A stretch of DNA of 64,000 bases, taken from NCBI RefSeq assembly GCF_000006765.1, contig NC_002516.2, one strand, 5' to 3'. Position numbers and translations under genes: made by a program. Positions 34,364 to 44,797 of this stretch are shown one piece after another. A model generated the notes under the pieces. It searched no databases and had not been told where the DNA came from. It was given only the letters and a program-made list of their open reading frames with translations. Position 1 is the first letter of the stretch. The number at the start of each line of letters is the position of its first letter. The stretch comes from Pseudomonas aeruginosa PAO1 (GTDB lineage: Bacteria > Pseudomonadota > Gammaproteobacteria > Pseudomonadales > Pseudomonadaceae).

Positions 34364-34440
34364 CGTTGATCCACGCCAAGGTGTTCCGGAGGCAGGTTGC
34401 TAACCTGCCACTTACACACGGGCAACAAGGAGAACGCGGT

Positions 34441-34749
34441 ATGCAAGTCAACATCAGTGGCCATCAACTGGATGTGACCGACGCCCTGCGCGACTATGTC
34501 GGCGAGAAACTGAGCCGTCTGGAGCGCCATTTCGACAAGATCACCAATGTTCAGGTGATCATGGAGGTCGAGAAACTGAAGCAGAAGATCGAAGCCACCC
34601 TGCGCATCGCCGGTGGCGAGATCGTAGCCAATGCGGAACATGAGGACATGTACGCGGCCATCGACCTGCTGATCGACAAACTCGACCGTCAACTGATCAA
34701 ACACAAAGAGAAGTATCTCGAACGGCAGCAAGGCGTAGGCGCCCGCTGA
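34441..34749 (+). CDS. hpf: Ribosome hibernation promoting factor
   Basis: MQVNISGHQLDVT, DMYAAIDLLIDKLDRQL. Confidence 0.97.
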   Translation: MQVNISGHQLDVTDALRDYVGEKLSRLERHFDKITNVQVIMEVEKLKQKIEATLRIAGGEIVANAEHEDMYAAIDLLIDKLDRQLIKHKEKYLERQQGVGAR

Positions 34750-34762
34750 TCTCCCCTCCCCT

Positions 34763-35227
34763 ATGATCCGACTTGAGCAAATCCTGACCCCCGGCCGTTC
34801 CCTCGTGAACGTGCCGGGCGGCAGCAAGAAACGCGTACTCGAACAAATCGCCAACCTGGTAGCCAGGGAGCTGCCGGAGTTCGACGCCCAGACCATCTTC
34901 GAAAACCTGGTGGCCCGGGAAAAACTCGGCTCCACCGGCTTCGGCAATGGCATCGCCATTCCGCACTGCCGCCTGTCTGGCTGCCAGAGCCCCATCAGCG
35001 CCGTGCTGCACCTGGATGCTCCCGTGGACTTCGACGCGCTAGACGGCGCGCCGGTCGACCTGCTCTTCGTCTTGCTGGTACCGGAGGCCGCGACCGAAGA
35101 ACATCTCGAACTGCTCCGGCAGATCGCCGCCATGCTCGACCGTGCCGACGTACGCGACCGCCTGCGCAGCGCTCCCACTGCCGAAGCGCTTTATCAGATC
35201 GTGGTAGACGTACAGAACGGGCAATGA
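34763..35227 (+). CDS. ptsN: PTS-Ntr EIIA
   Basis: [17 protein letters not shown] phospho-His motif, [12 protein letters not shown]. Confidence 0.96.
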   Translation: MIRLEQILTPGRSLVNVPGGSKKRVLEQIANLVARELPEFDAQTIFENLVAREKLGSTGFGNGIAIPHCRLSGCQSPISAVLHLDAPVDFDALDGAPVDLLFVLLVPEAATEEHLELLRQIAAMLDRADVRDRLRSAPTAEALYQIVVDVQNGQ

Positions 35228-35228
35228 C

Positions 35229-36089
35229 ATGCGCCTGATCATCGTCAGCGGCCGCTCGGGCTCGGGCAAGAGCACCGCCCTGAACGTCCTCGAAGACAAC
35301 GGCTTCTATTGCATCGACAACCTTCCCGCCAGCCTGCTTCCCGACCTGGCGCAGCGCGCCCTGTTGCACACGGAGCTACTGCAGCCACAGGTGGCGGTGT
35401 CGATCGACGCCCGCAACCTGCCCAGCCAGTTGCAGCGCTTCCCCGAACTGTTGCAGGAAGTGCGGGACAACCACATCAACTGCGATGTGCTGTATCTCGA
35501 CGCCGACGACGAGACGCTGCTCAAACGATTCTCGGAAACCCGCCGGCGCCACCCGCTGACCACCGACACCCGTTCGCTGGCGGAGGCGATTGGCGACGAG
35601 AGCCAATTGCTCGGACCGATCGCCGACCTCGCCGACCTGAAGCTGGACACCACCAGCCTCAACCTCTATCAGTTGCGCGACACCATCAAACTGCGCCTGT
35701 TGAACAAGCCGGAACCCGGCACCGCGTTCCTCGTCGAATCCTTTGGCTTCAAGCGCGGCATGCCAGTCGACGCCGACCTGGTGTTCGATGTGCGCTGCCT
35801 GCCGAACCCCTACTGGAAGCCCGAGTTGCGCGATCATTCGGGGCTGGAGCCGGAAGTCCGCGAGTATCTGGCCGCCCAGCCGGACGTCGAGGAAATGTAC
35901 CAGGACATCGTCGGCTACCTGAACAAATGGTTGCCGCGCTTCGCCGCCAGTAACCGCTCATATGTAACAGTTGCGATAGGCTGTACCGGCGGGCACCATC
36001 GTTCGGTCTACCTCGCCGAGCGGATTGGCGCTGCACTCAGGGATTCCCTGAAGAACGTGCAGATTCGCCACCGCGATCTCAGCAGCTAG
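35229..36089 (+). CDS. rapZ: RNase adapter RapZ
   Basis: [29 protein letters not shown]. Confidence 0.96.
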   Translation: MRLIIVSGRSGSGKSTALNVLEDNGFYCIDNLPASLLPDLAQRALLHTELLQPQVAVSIDARNLPSQLQRFPELLQEVRDNHINCDVLYLDADDETLLKRFSETRRRHPLTTDTRSLAEAIGDESQLLGPIADLADLKLDTTSLNLYQLRDTIKLRLLNKPEPGTAFLVESFGFKRGMPVDADLVFDVRCLPNPYWKPELRDHSGLEPEVREYLAAQPDVEEMYQDIVGYLNKWLPRFAASNRSYVTVAIGCTGGHHRSVYLAERIGAALRDSLKNVQIRHRDLSS

Positions 36090-36118
36090 CCCATAACAAG
36101 AAGGACAGACTCCCCAAG

Positions 36119-36391
36119 ATGCCCGCCCTCGAGATCACCATCATCAACAAGCTCGGTCTGCACGCCCGCGCGGCGGCCAAGTTCGTCGGCGTCGCGGGGC
36201 GCTACCCTTGCCAGGTCCGGGTCGGCCGCAATCCTGAAAGCTGCGTCGACGGCAAGAGCATCATGGCCGTGATGATGCTGGCTGCCGGCAAGGGCACCAA
36301 CCTGCACCTGCATACCGAAGGCGAACAGGAAGACGAGGCGTTGAACGCGCTGGTCGAACTGATCAACAACCGTTTCGACGAAGGCGAGTAG
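36119..36391 (+). CDS. ptsO: PTS-Ntr phosphocarrier NPr
   Basis: NKLGLHARAA, DGKSIMAVMML. Confidence 0.95.
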   Translation: MPALEITIINKLGLHARAAAKFVGVAGRYPCQVRVGRNPESCVDGKSIMAVMMLAAGKGTNLHLHTEGEQEDEALNALVELINNRFDEGE

Positions 36392-36410
36392 CCTCTTCCC
36401 AGCGACAACG

Positions 36411-36435
36411 AAAAAGCCGCCAACTGGCGGCTTTT
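36411..36435. terminator. Bidirectional terminator between ptsO and the ZIP gene
   Basis: AAAAGCCGCC-aact-GGCGGCTTTT. Confidence 0.85.
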
Positions 36436-36487
36436 CCTTTCCGGCGATTGCGGCCGGCGTCAATTCAGCGCGGGTCGGATGAGTCCC

Positions 36488-37420
36488 CTAGCCCAGCGCG
36501 GTATCCAGCACCATCATCAGGCAGAAGCCGAACACCAGGCCCAGCGTAGCCTCGGCGGCATGTCCCTGGCGGTGGGACTCGGGAATGATCTCGTGGGTGA
36601 CCACGAAGAGCATCGCTCCCGCCGCGGCGGCCAGCCCCCAGGGCAGGAGCAGCGCGGAGAGGCCGACCAGCCAGGCGCAGAGCACCGCGAACAGCGGCTC
36701 GACCAGGCCCGACGCGGCACCGACCAGCATCGCCTTGAAACGCGACATACCGACTCCGGCCAGCACCAGCGCCACCACCAGACCTTCCGGCACATCCTGC
36801 AGAGCGATGCCCAGGGCGAGGCCGTTCGCCTCGTCCAGGCCGGCACCGGCCGACACGCCAACCGCCATGCCTTCGGGGATGTTGTGCAGGACGATGGCCG
36901 TGACGAACAGCAGGATGCGCGGGGGAATGCCACCGGACAGTGGCGCGCCCTCGCAACCGGGATGGACGTCCGGCATCAGCCGGCCGAGGATGAACAGCCC
37001 CATCACGCCGACCGCCAGGCCGAAGCTGACCAGGAACCCCGCGCCGAACTTCGAGTAGCCGAGGTCGCCGGCCGCGGATAGCGCCGGCATGATCAGCGAG
37101 AAGGCCGTCGCCGAGAGCATCACGCCGGCACCGAAGCCCAGCAGCGCATCCGACAGGCGCGCCGGCATGGTCTTCACCACCAGCACCGGCATCGCCCCGA
37201 GAGCGGTACCGAAGGCACAGAGCAGGCCGCCTTTCAATGCCAGCACGATGGGCGCCGGCAGGTTGAGTTCGGCCAGCAACAGCGCGTGGCGGCCGAGCAG
37301 GTAGCCGCCGCCGATGAAGATCAGCAGGCCCAGCAGGTTGCGCAGCGTCCGCCCGTTACCTTCGGCGATGCCATGGAGCAACGCCTTCATCGCCGCACCG
37401 CCAGGCTGCCGGCCAGCCAT
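36488..37420 (-). CDS. ZIP (GufA/ZupT) family divalent metal transporter (PA4467-like); alternative start at 37390
   Basis: HNIPEGMAVG (TM4), LQDVPEGL (TM5), HEIIPESH; multiple TM segments. Confidence 0.92.
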   Translation of the reverse strand: MAGRQPGGAAMKALLHGIAEGNGRTLRNLLGLLIFIGGGYLLGRHALLLAELNLPAPIVLALKGGLLCAFGTALGAMPVLVVKTMPARLSDALLGFGAGVMLSATAFSLIMPALSAAGDLGYSKFGAGFLVSFGLAVGVMGLFILGRLMPDVHPGCEGAPLSGGIPPRILLFVTAIVLHNIPEGMAVGVSAGAGLDEANGLALGIALQDVPEGLVVALVLAGVGMSRFKAMLVGAASGLVEPLFAVLCAWLVGLSALLLPWGLAAAAGAMLFVVTHEIIPESHRQGHAAEATLGLVFGFCLMMVLDTALG

Positions 37421-37438
37421 CTCGCATCACGGGTAACA

Positions 37439-38050
37439 CTAGGCCAGGGCTTGCGCATAGCGACGCGCGACCTCCCGCCAGTCGATCACGTTGTAGAAAG
37501 CGCCGATGTATTCCGGGCGGCGGTTCTGGTACTTCAGGTAATAGGCGTGCTCCCATACGTCCAGGCCGAGGATCGGCGTATTGCCGTTCATCAGCGGGCT
37601 GTCCTGGTTGCCGCTGCTCTCCACCAGCAAGCTGCCCTGGGGAGTCACGCTGAGCCAGGCCCAGCCGCTGCCGAAGCGGGTCAGCGCAGCCTTGGTGAAC
37701 GCATCCTTGAACGCCTCGAAGCCCCCGAGCTGCTCATCGATGGCCCGCCCCAGGTCGCCATCGGGACGGCCACCGCCCTGGGGCGACATCACGGTCCAGA
37801 ACAGCGAGTGGTTGGCATGCCCACCGCCATTGTTGACAACCGGGGTGCGCAGCTTCTCCGGCAGACCAGCCAGTTGCCGCAGCAGACTTTCCACCGGCTG
37901 CTCGGCATAGGGCGTGCCTTCCAGCGCGGCGTTCAGGTTGTTCACATAGGTCTGGTGGTGCTTGCTGTGGTGGATCTCCATGGTCAGCGCATCGATGTGC
38001 GGTTCCAGGGCATCGTAGGCGTAAGGCAAGGGCGGCAAGGCGTGGGGCAT
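37439..38050 (-). CDS. sodA: Manganese superoxide dismutase (SodM)
   Basis: [15 protein letters not shown] (Mn-type signature), DVWEHAYY. Confidence 0.96.
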   Translation of the reverse strand: MPHALPPLPYAYDALEPHIDALTMEIHHSKHHQTYVNNLNAALEGTPYAEQPVESLLRQLAGLPEKLRTPVVNNGGGHANHSLFWTVMSPQGGGRPDGDLGRAIDEQLGGFEAFKDAFTKAALTRFGSGWAWLSVTPQGSLLVESSGNQDSPLMNGNTPILGLDVWEHAYYLKYQNRRPEYIGAFYNVIDWREVARRYAQALA

Positions 38051-38062
38051 GGAAACTCTCCG

Positions 38063-38512
38063 TCAGTGATAGCGAAGTGAGGGGGGCGGAGCGAGGAACT
38101 CGGGTCGGACCTCCGCGTTCGGCGGTCCCTTGAGCAGGCGCTCGGTGCGCGGATAGGCACCGTGTTCGCCGATGAACGACAGCAGTTCGACATAGGTGCG
38201 CCGGCTGTGATGCTGGGCCGCCTGGCGCAGGGCCAGCGGCAGCTTCTGGTCGGCGCTGACCCGCAACAGGCGCTCGTGGCAGGCGCACAGGTATTCTGCG
38301 GTCTCCTCCGGTTGCTCCAGTTGCAGGTGCAAGTCGGCCAGGTTGTGATGGGAAATCACGAACGCCATCACCGCCTCGTCGGCGTCGCCCCAGCGTTCCA
38401 GCAGCACCTGGGCCAGGGCCAGGGCATGGAGGTAGTGCTCACGCGCATCGATCAATGCGCCGGTGACGAAACAGCGGTTGCCCTGTTCGATCGTTCGTTG
38501 CCAATGACGCAT
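38063..38512 (-). CDS. OrfX, uncharacterised helical protein (DUF2753-like, PA4469-like)
   Basis: Clean ORF with an RBS (GGAGG) inside the fumC-sodA operon; helical, His/Cys-rich. Confidence 0.8.
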   Translation of the reverse strand: MRHWQRTIEQGNRCFVTGALIDAREHYLHALALAQVLLERWGDADEAVMAFVISHHNLADLHLQLEQPEETAEYLCACHERLLRVSADQKLPLALRQAAQHHSRRTYVELLSFIGEHGAYPRTERLLKGPPNAEVRPEFLAPPPSLRYH

Positions 38513-38539
38513 GGCGGTACCTCCAGTGGTGGGGCGGCC

Positions 38540-39916
38540 TCAGAGGCCGCCAGCCGTGAGTTTTTCCGGATCCAGCAACACCTCCAGGCGCGCACGGTCC
38601 AGATCGGTGTTTTCCAGCGCCACATCGATGATCGGCCGTCCCTCGCGATAGGCCTGCTTGGCGATTTCCGCAGCCTTCTGGTAGCCGATGATCGGGTTCA
38701 GCGCAGTGACCAGGATCGGGTTGCGCGCCAACGCCTCGCTGAGCTTGCCCTGGTTGACCTTGAAGCTGGCGATGGCCTTGTCCGCCAGCAGCCGGCTGAC
38801 GTTGGCCAGCAACTGGATGCTGTGCAACAGGTTGTCCGCCACCAGCGGCAGCATCACGTTCAGTTCGAAGTTGCCCGATTGGCCAGCGACGGCAATGGCG
38901 GCGTCATTGCCGATCACCTGGGCGGCGACCATCGCGGTGGCCTCCGGGATCACCGGGTTGACCTTGCCGGGCATGATCGAGGAGCCTGGTTGCAGCGCTT
39001 CCAGCTCGATCTCGCCGAGCCCGGCAAGCGGCCCGGAGTTCATCCAGCGCAGGTCGTTGGCCAGCTTCATCAGGGTCACGGCCAGGGTCTTCAACTGGCC
39101 GGACGCAGCGACCGCGGTGTCCTGCGAACCGATCAGGGCGAAGAAGTCGTCGCCGGGGCGGAACGCCAGCCCGGTCAGGTCGTTCAGCTCCTGGCTGAAA
39201 CGTTCGGCGAACCGCGGATGGGCGTTGATCCCGGTGCCCACCGCGGTGCCGCCCTGTGCCAACTGCTGCAAGGCAGGAAGTACGCTCTCGATGTGCACGC
39301 CGGCCTGTCGCACCTGCTGCGCCCAGCCACCGAGCACCTGGCTCATGCGTACCGGCATCGCATCCATCAGGTGGGTGCGGCCGGTCTTCACATAGGCATG
39401 CACTTCGCCGGCCTTGCTCTGGATAGTCTGCTCCAGGTGGCGCAGCGCCGGCAGCAGGCGTTCGCTGATCTCGAGGGCGGCACTGATGTGGATGGTCGAG
39501 GGAATGATGTCGTTGCTGCTCTGCCCGCAGTTCACATGGTCGTTCGGATTGACCTTGCCGCCCAGGCGACGACTGGCCAGGGTCGCCACCACTTCGTTGG
39601 CGTTCATGTTGGAACTGGTGCCGGAGCCGGTCTGGAACACATCCACCGGGAAATGCTGCATGAAGTCCTCCTGCAGCAGTTGCAGGCAGGTGTCGGCGAT
39701 CGCCTCGCCCATCGGTGCATCCAGTTGCTGCAGGGAGACGTTCGCCCGCGCCGCCGCGGCCTTGGCCAGCAGCAGGGCGCGGACGAAGGCCTGGGGCATG
39801 CGTTGGCCGCTGACCGGGAAGTTGTTCACCGCGCGCTGGGTCTGGGCGCCATAGAGGGCGGTCGCCGGGACCGCCAGTTCGCCCATGCTGTCGCGTTCGA
39901 TGCGGGTGTCAGTCAT
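38540..39916 (-). CDS. fumC: Class II (iron-independent) fumarate hydratase FumC1
   Basis: QTGSGTSSNMN, HPND-like NPNDHVN, KTGRTHLMDA, GSSIMPGKVNP. Confidence 0.96.
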   Translation of the reverse strand: MTDTRIERDSMGELAVPATALYGAQTQRAVNNFPVSGQRMPQAFVRALLLAKAAAARANVSLQQLDAPMGEAIADTCLQLLQEDFMQHFPVDVFQTGSGTSSNMNANEVVATLASRRLGGKVNPNDHVNCGQSSNDIIPSTIHISAALEISERLLPALRHLEQTIQSKAGEVHAYVKTGRTHLMDAMPVRMSQVLGGWAQQVRQAGVHIESVLPALQQLAQGGTAVGTGINAHPRFAERFSQELNDLTGLAFRPGDDFFALIGSQDTAVAASGQLKTLAVTLMKLANDLRWMNSGPLAGLGEIELEALQPGSSIMPGKVNPVIPEATAMVAAQVIGNDAAIAVAGQSGNFELNVMLPLVADNLLHSIQLLANVSRLLADKAIASFKVNQGKLSEALARNPILVTALNPIIGYQKAAEIAKQAYREGRPIIDVALENTDLDRARLEVLLDPEKLTAGGL

Positions 39917-40304
39917 CTTGGTTTCCTTGTTGCGGGTGATCGAAGCTCATCGACGGCGCCAGGTCCTGCCTGGCCATTCGTACGGAGAGCTGGCGCAGCC
40001 GGCGTCGCTGGCTGCCGTTGGTGGTCAGTCGCTGAAGTTCGCAGAGGGGCCGGTAGGCGTAGTCGAGGCAGAGGCTGCGCCAGTGCCAGGGCAATATCGG
40101 ATCGCGACCGGTATCGAGCAGGAGGTTGTAGGCTTTCTCGAACAGCGGCCAGGCGGCCACACCTTCCCAACCGGCGAGATAGCGCGCCTCGCCGAGGTAC
40201 TGGTCGAGCAGGCGCGGTTCGTCGGGATCGAGCGCGCAGCGGATCTGCGTGCCCAGCCAGTACCAGTGATCCAATGCTTGCGGGTCGTGCGCCTCGAAGG
40301 ACAT
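39909..40304 (-). CDS. fagA: Fur-associated gene A protein, function unknown (PA4471-like)
   Basis: First ORF after the Fur box, RBS GAGG, 8-nt overlap with fumC. Confidence 0.8.
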   Translation of the reverse strand: MSFEAHDPQALDHWYWLGTQIRCALDPDEPRLLDQYLGEARYLAGWEGVAAWPLFEKAYNLLLDTGRDPILPWHWRSLCLDYAYRPLCELQRLTTNGSQRRRLRQLSVRMARQDLAPSMSFDHPQQGNQDD

Positions 40305-40320
40305 GGCAACCTCACCAGAC

Positions 40321-40362
40321 GATAATGAGATTGATTATTGTTTTCTTCTTGGCAAAAGACAA
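40321..40362 (-). promoter_or_regulatory. Fur box overlapping the -10 of the fagA operon promoter
   Basis: GATAATGAGATTGATTATT (40321-40339), 15/19 to the Fur consensus; TTGTCT (40357-40362), 17 bp, AATAAT (40334-40339). Confidence 0.85.
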
Positions 40363-40404
40363 GCATGGTCCCCATAGAGGCGGACAATTGAACAGGCGGA
40401 AACG

Positions 40405-40431
40405 AAAACGCCAGCGACGAGCGCTGGCGTT
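40405..40431 (-). terminator. Intrinsic terminator after pmbA
   Basis: AACGCCAGCG-N5-CGCTGGCGTT then TTCGTTT on the minus strand. Confidence 0.75.
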
Positions 40432-40451
40432 CTACAGAGGGAAACCCGGCC

Positions 40452-41801
40452 TCAGCGCCCGGCCACCATCATCGACTCGACCAGTACAGAACCGGTATGC
40501 AGGTTGCCGCGCCGTTCGATGTCCTTGCCGACCGCGACGATACGGCGGAACAGGTCGCGCAGGTTGGCGGCGATGGTGACTTCCTGGACCGGGAACTGGA
40601 TCTCGCCGTTCTCGACCCAGTAGCCGGCGGCGCCGCGGGAATAATCGCCGGTCACCAGGTTGACGCCCTGCCCCATCAACTCGGTGACCAGCAGGCCACG
40701 CTCCATCCGGCGTATGAGAGCGGCCTGGTCCTCGTCGCCATGGCTGACGAACAGGTTATGCACGCCGCCGGCGTTGGCCGTGCTCGGCAGGCCGAGCTTG
40801 CGCCCGGAATAGGTGCCCAGGACATAGGACACCAGCTCGCCGTTCTCGACGAATGGCTTGGCATAGGTCGCCAGGCCGTCGCTATCGAAGCTGGCGCTGC
40901 CGAGCGCGCCGACCAGGTGCGGCCGCTCGTCGATGCTCAGCCACTCGGGAAACAGGCGCTGGCCCAGCGCGCCTTCGAGGAAGGATGACTTGCGATACAG
41001 GCTGCCGCCTGAGATCGCCCCGAGGAAATGGCCGAACAGGCCAACAGCGATTTCCGGAGCGAACAGCACCGGCACTTCGGCGGTCTGCACCGGCCGCGCG
41101 CCCAGTCGGCTGGCGGCGCGCTCGGCGGCGCGCCGGCCGATCGACTCGGCGCTGGCCAAGGCCTCACCACGGCGGTTGACGTCATACCAATAGTCACGCT
41201 GCATCTGTCCTTCGCCCTCGGCGATCATCACGCAGCTGAGGCTGTGCCGGGTGCTGGCGTAACCACCGATGAAACCGTGGCTGTTACCGTATACCCGGCA
41301 GCCCTGGTGGGTATTCAGGGTGGTGCCGTCGGCCTTGGTCACCCGCTTGTCGGCGGCGAACGCCGCTGCCTCGCAAGCCAGGGCACGTTCCACGGCCTGC
41401 TCGGGACTCAGGCTCCATGGATGATAGAGGTCCAGCTCGGGCAACTCGCGGGCCATCAACGCGGCATCGGCGAGACCGGCGCATTCGTCCTCGGAGGTAT
41501 GGCGGGCGATCGCCAGCGCCGCCGCCACCGTCTCGCGGATGGCCGCCTCGCCGGTCGCCGAGGTGCTCGCCGAGCCCTTGCGCTGGCCTGCGTAGAGGGT
41601 GATGCCGAAACCTTGGTCACGGTTGAACTCGACGGTTTCCACCTCGCCCTGGCGCACGCTGGTGGACAGGCCCTGCTCCAGCGACACCGCCACTTCGCAG
41701 GCACTGGCGCCCTGGCGGCGGGCCTCGGCGATGATCTGCTCGACCTGCTCGCGAAGGTCCGGAAGCACGGAGGGACCGACTGCCGCGGCATGTAGACTCA
41801 T
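40452..41801 (-). CDS. pmbA: Metalloprotease subunit PmbA/TldE
   Basis: [39 protein letters not shown]. Confidence 0.93.
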
Positions 41802-41899
41802 CTGTTGACTCTCCTGTTGACGTGGCCGCCCACGCGGCCGGGCCGGACAAGCGGCCCCTGACTCGTTATCATGGCGGCGTTTTCCACTGGACCACCACC

Positions 41900-42424
41900 A
41901 TGGCTGAATTTCACGACGACGACTCGCAATTCGAAGAGAAGAGCAAGTCGCAGATCAAACGCGAGCTGCATGCCCTGCAGGACCTCGGCGAGCGCCTGAC
42001 CACCCTGCAACCGCAGTTGCTGGAGCGCCTGCCGCTCACCGACCCGCTACGCAAGGCGCTGCTCGAGGCGCCGAAGCACAAGGCGCACATCGCCCGCAAA
42101 CGGCATATCCAGTACATCGGCAAACTGATGCGCGACCAGGACGTGGACGCCATCGTCGCCCTCATCGACCAGGTGGACTCCTCCACCCGCCAGTACAACG
42201 AACGTTTCCATGCCCTCGAACGTTGGCGCGACCAGTTGATCGCCGGCGGCGACGCAGCGCTCGACGCCTTCGTCGGGGAGTTCCCCGAGTGCGATCGCCA
42301 GCACCTGCGCGGCCTGGTCCGCCACGCCCAGCACGAGGCCGCGCACAACAAACCGCCGGCCGCCGCACGCAAAGTGTTCAAGTACATCCGCGAGCTGGAC
42401 GAAACCAAGCGCGGCCTGCGCTAG
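41900..42424 (+). CDS. yjgA: Ribosome biogenesis factor YjgA/DarP; start at MAEFH
   Basis: [33 protein letters not shown]. Confidence 0.9.
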   Translation: MAEFHDDDSQFEEKSKSQIKRELHALQDLGERLTTLQPQLLERLPLTDPLRKALLEAPKHKAHIARKRHIQYIGKLMRDQDVDAIVALIDQVDSSTRQYNERFHALERWRDQLIAGGDAALDAFVGEFPECDRQHLRGLVRHAQHEAAHNKPPAAARKVFKYIRELDETKRGLR

Positions 42425-42454
42425 GTTTCGCCGCGCCGGCGCCCGGGCCATGCC

Positions 42455-43897
42455 TCAGGCGCCGGTGCCGCCGACGGTGATCGCATCGATCTTCAGGGTC
42501 GGCTGGCCGACGCCGACCGGCACCGACTGACCGTCCTTCCCGCAGGTTCCCACGCCACTGTCCAGGGCCAGGTCGTTGCCGACCATGGACACCCGGCTCA
42601 TCGCTTCCGGACCGTTGCCGATCAGGGTGGCGCCTTTCACCGGGGTGGTGATCCTGCCGTTCTCGATCAGGTAGGCCTCGCTGGTGGAGAACACGAACTT
42701 GCCGCTGGTGATATCGACCTGGCCACCGCCGAGGTTGGCGCAGTAGATACCCTTCTCCACCGAGGCGATGATTTCCTGCGGATCGCTCTCGCCGGCCAAC
42801 ATGTAGGTGTTGGTCATGCGTGGCATCGGCAGGTGCGCGTAGGACTCGCGGCGGCCGTTACCGGTGCGCGCCACGCCCATCAGGCGGGCGTTGAGCTTGT
42901 CCTGCATGTAGCCCTTGAGCACGCCGTTCTCGATCAGCACGTTGCAGTTGCTCGGCGTGCCTTCGTCATCCACGCTCAGCGAGCCGCGACGCCCGGCCAG
43001 GGTGCCGTCGTCGACGATGGTGCACAGGCTCGAGGCGACCTTTTCGCCGACCCGGCCGCTGTAGGCGGAGCTGCCCTTGCGGTTGAAGTCGCCCTCCAGG
43101 CCGTGGCCGACCGCTTCGTGGAGCAGGACCCCGGACCAACCCGCGCCCATCACCACCGGCAGGGTGCCGGCCGGCGCGGGAATCGCCTCGAGGTTGACCA
43201 GTGCCTGGCGCAGGGCCTCGCGGGCGTAGCCCATGGCACGATCCTCCTGGAGGAAATAGCGATAGTCGGTGCGACCGCCGCCGCCGTGGCCGCCGCGTTC
43301 GCGTCGGCCGTTCTGTTCGACGATCACGCTGACGTTGAAACGCACCAGCGGACGAATGTCGGCAGCCAGCGAACCGTCGCTGGCCGCTACCAGGATCTGC
43401 TCCCAGACGCCGGCCATGCTCACCGTGACCTGCTGGATGCGGGGATCGAGCGCACGGGTGGCGGCGTCGATCTGCTTCAGCAACTCGACCTTCTCGGCAC
43501 GGCTGAGCACGTCCAGCGGGTTCTCGCCGGCGTACAGGCGAGCCGGCACCACGGCCTTGAACGCCTGCACGCTGCCGTTCTGTCCCGCACGGGAAATCGA
43601 ACGGGCCGCCACCGCGGCCTGTTTCAACGCCTCGGCGGTGATCGCATTGCTATAGGCGAAGCCGGTCTTCTCGCCCGACTGCGCGCGTACCCCGACACCC
43701 TGGTCGAGATTGAAGCTGCCTTCCTTGACGATGCCGTCCTCGAGCATCCACGACTCGGAGACCTGACTCTGGAAATACAGGTCGGCGGCATCGATGCCCG
43801 GGCCGTTCAGTTCATGAAGAATGCCGGGCAGGCTGTCCAGTTCCAGACCACCGGGGGCCAGCAATTGCTGGCTGACGGATGACAACAACTCGCTCAT
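42455..43897 (-). CDS. tldD: Metalloprotease TldD; start at MSELL
   Basis: [13 protein letters not shown] zinc motif, [27 protein letters not shown]. Confidence 0.96.
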   Translation of the reverse strand: MSELLSSVSQQLLAPGGLELDSLPGILHELNGPGIDAADLYFQSQVSESWMLEDGIVKEGSFNLDQGVGVRAQSGEKTGFAYSNAITAEALKQAAVAARSISRAGQNGSVQAFKAVVPARLYAGENPLDVLSRAEKVELLKQIDAATRALDPRIQQVTVSMAGVWEQILVAASDGSLAADIRPLVRFNVSVIVEQNGRRERGGHGGGGRTDYRYFLQEDRAMGYAREALRQALVNLEAIPAPAGTLPVVMGAGWSGVLLHEAVGHGLEGDFNRKGSSAYSGRVGEKVASSLCTIVDDGTLAGRRGSLSVDDEGTPSNCNVLIENGVLKGYMQDKLNARLMGVARTGNGRRESYAHLPMPRMTNTYMLAGESDPQEIIASVEKGIYCANLGGGQVDITSGKFVFSTSEAYLIENGRITTPVKGATLIGNGPEAMSRVSMVGNDLALDSGVGTCGKDGQSVPVGVGQPTLKIDAITVGGTGA

Positions 43898-43899
43898 AT

Positions 43900-44748
43900 T
43901 CACTCCGTACGCGCCGGCCGCGGTTCGGCCGGCGGGAAAAATCGTCTGTGCGCCACCACCGGCATGCGCCGGCGGATATCCGCCTGTTCTGCGGCGTCGC
44001 GCACCGCCAGCAGCACCGCTTCGCCCTGCGGCCGCTCGGCCAGGACCCGGCCCCAGGGATCGACGATGGCCGAATGGCCGAACGTCTCCCGGCCCCGTGG
44101 GTGAACGCCACCCTGTCCGGCCGCCAGCAGGTAGCACTGGGTCTCGATGGCACGGGCGCGGACCAGTACCTGCCAGTGCGCCGCGCCGGTCACCGCGGTG
44201 AACGCCGACGGCGCCGTGATCAGCTCCGCGCCGGCCTCGCGCAGGGCGGTATAGAGCTCCGGAAAACGCAGGTCGTAGCAGACCGTCAGGCCGAGGCGGC
44301 CGACCGGCGTATCCGCCACCACGATCTTCTGACCGAAAGCATAGTCGTCGGATTCACGATAGCGGCCCCGCGCATCGGCTACATCCACATCGAACAGGTG
44401 CAGCTTGTCGTAGCGCGCAACCCGCTCTCCGTGCTCGTCGATCAGCAGCGAACAGGCATTCGCCTTCGCCTCGGGTTGCCCATCCGGCGGCAGCGGCAAC
44501 GTTCCGGCGACTATCCACAACCTGAGGTCGCGAGCGGCGGAATTCAACCACGGCAGGATAGGCCCGTTCCCCCGCGCCTCGGCGCGCCCCAGTTCGGCCA
44601 GGTCGCGCCGGCCCATGGCGGCGAAGTTTTCCGGTAGCACGGCGAGCCGCGCCCCGCCCTCGGCGGCCTGTTCCAGCAGGCGACGGGCGGCGGCCAGGTT
44701 GGCCGTCACGTCGTCCTGGCTGACCATCTGGATCACGGCAATGGACAT
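43900..44748 (-). CDS. Carbon-nitrogen hydrolase, Nit1 / deaminated glutathione amidase-like; start at MSIAVIQ
   Basis: LPEN, YDKLHLF and VCYDLRFPE giving the E-K-C triad. Confidence 0.9.
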   Translation of the reverse strand: MSIAVIQMVSQDDVTANLAAARRLLEQAAEGGARLAVLPENFAAMGRRDLAELGRAEARGNGPILPWLNSAARDLRLWIVAGTLPLPPDGQPEAKANACSLLIDEHGERVARYDKLHLFDVDVADARGRYRESDDYAFGQKIVVADTPVGRLGLTVCYDLRFPELYTALREAGAELITAPSAFTAVTGAAHWQVLVRARAIETQCYLLAAGQGGVHPRGRETFGHSAIVDPWGRVLAERPQGEAVLLAVRDAAEQADIRRRMPVVAHRRFFPPAEPRPARTE

Positions 44749-44797
44749 GGTTTCCTCCTTGCGGACGAAAGCGCCGCGTCGCGGCACCGGGCGCCGC

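Noticed and set aside
40349-40365. GG-N10-GC on the plus strand near the fagA promoter
   Set aside because: The -12 element is AAGC rather than TTGC, and it points at no sense gene
38162-40579. 805-aa plus-strand ORF antisense to the fumC operon
   Set aside because: Shadow frame with no RBS or domain signal; runs through the Fur box region
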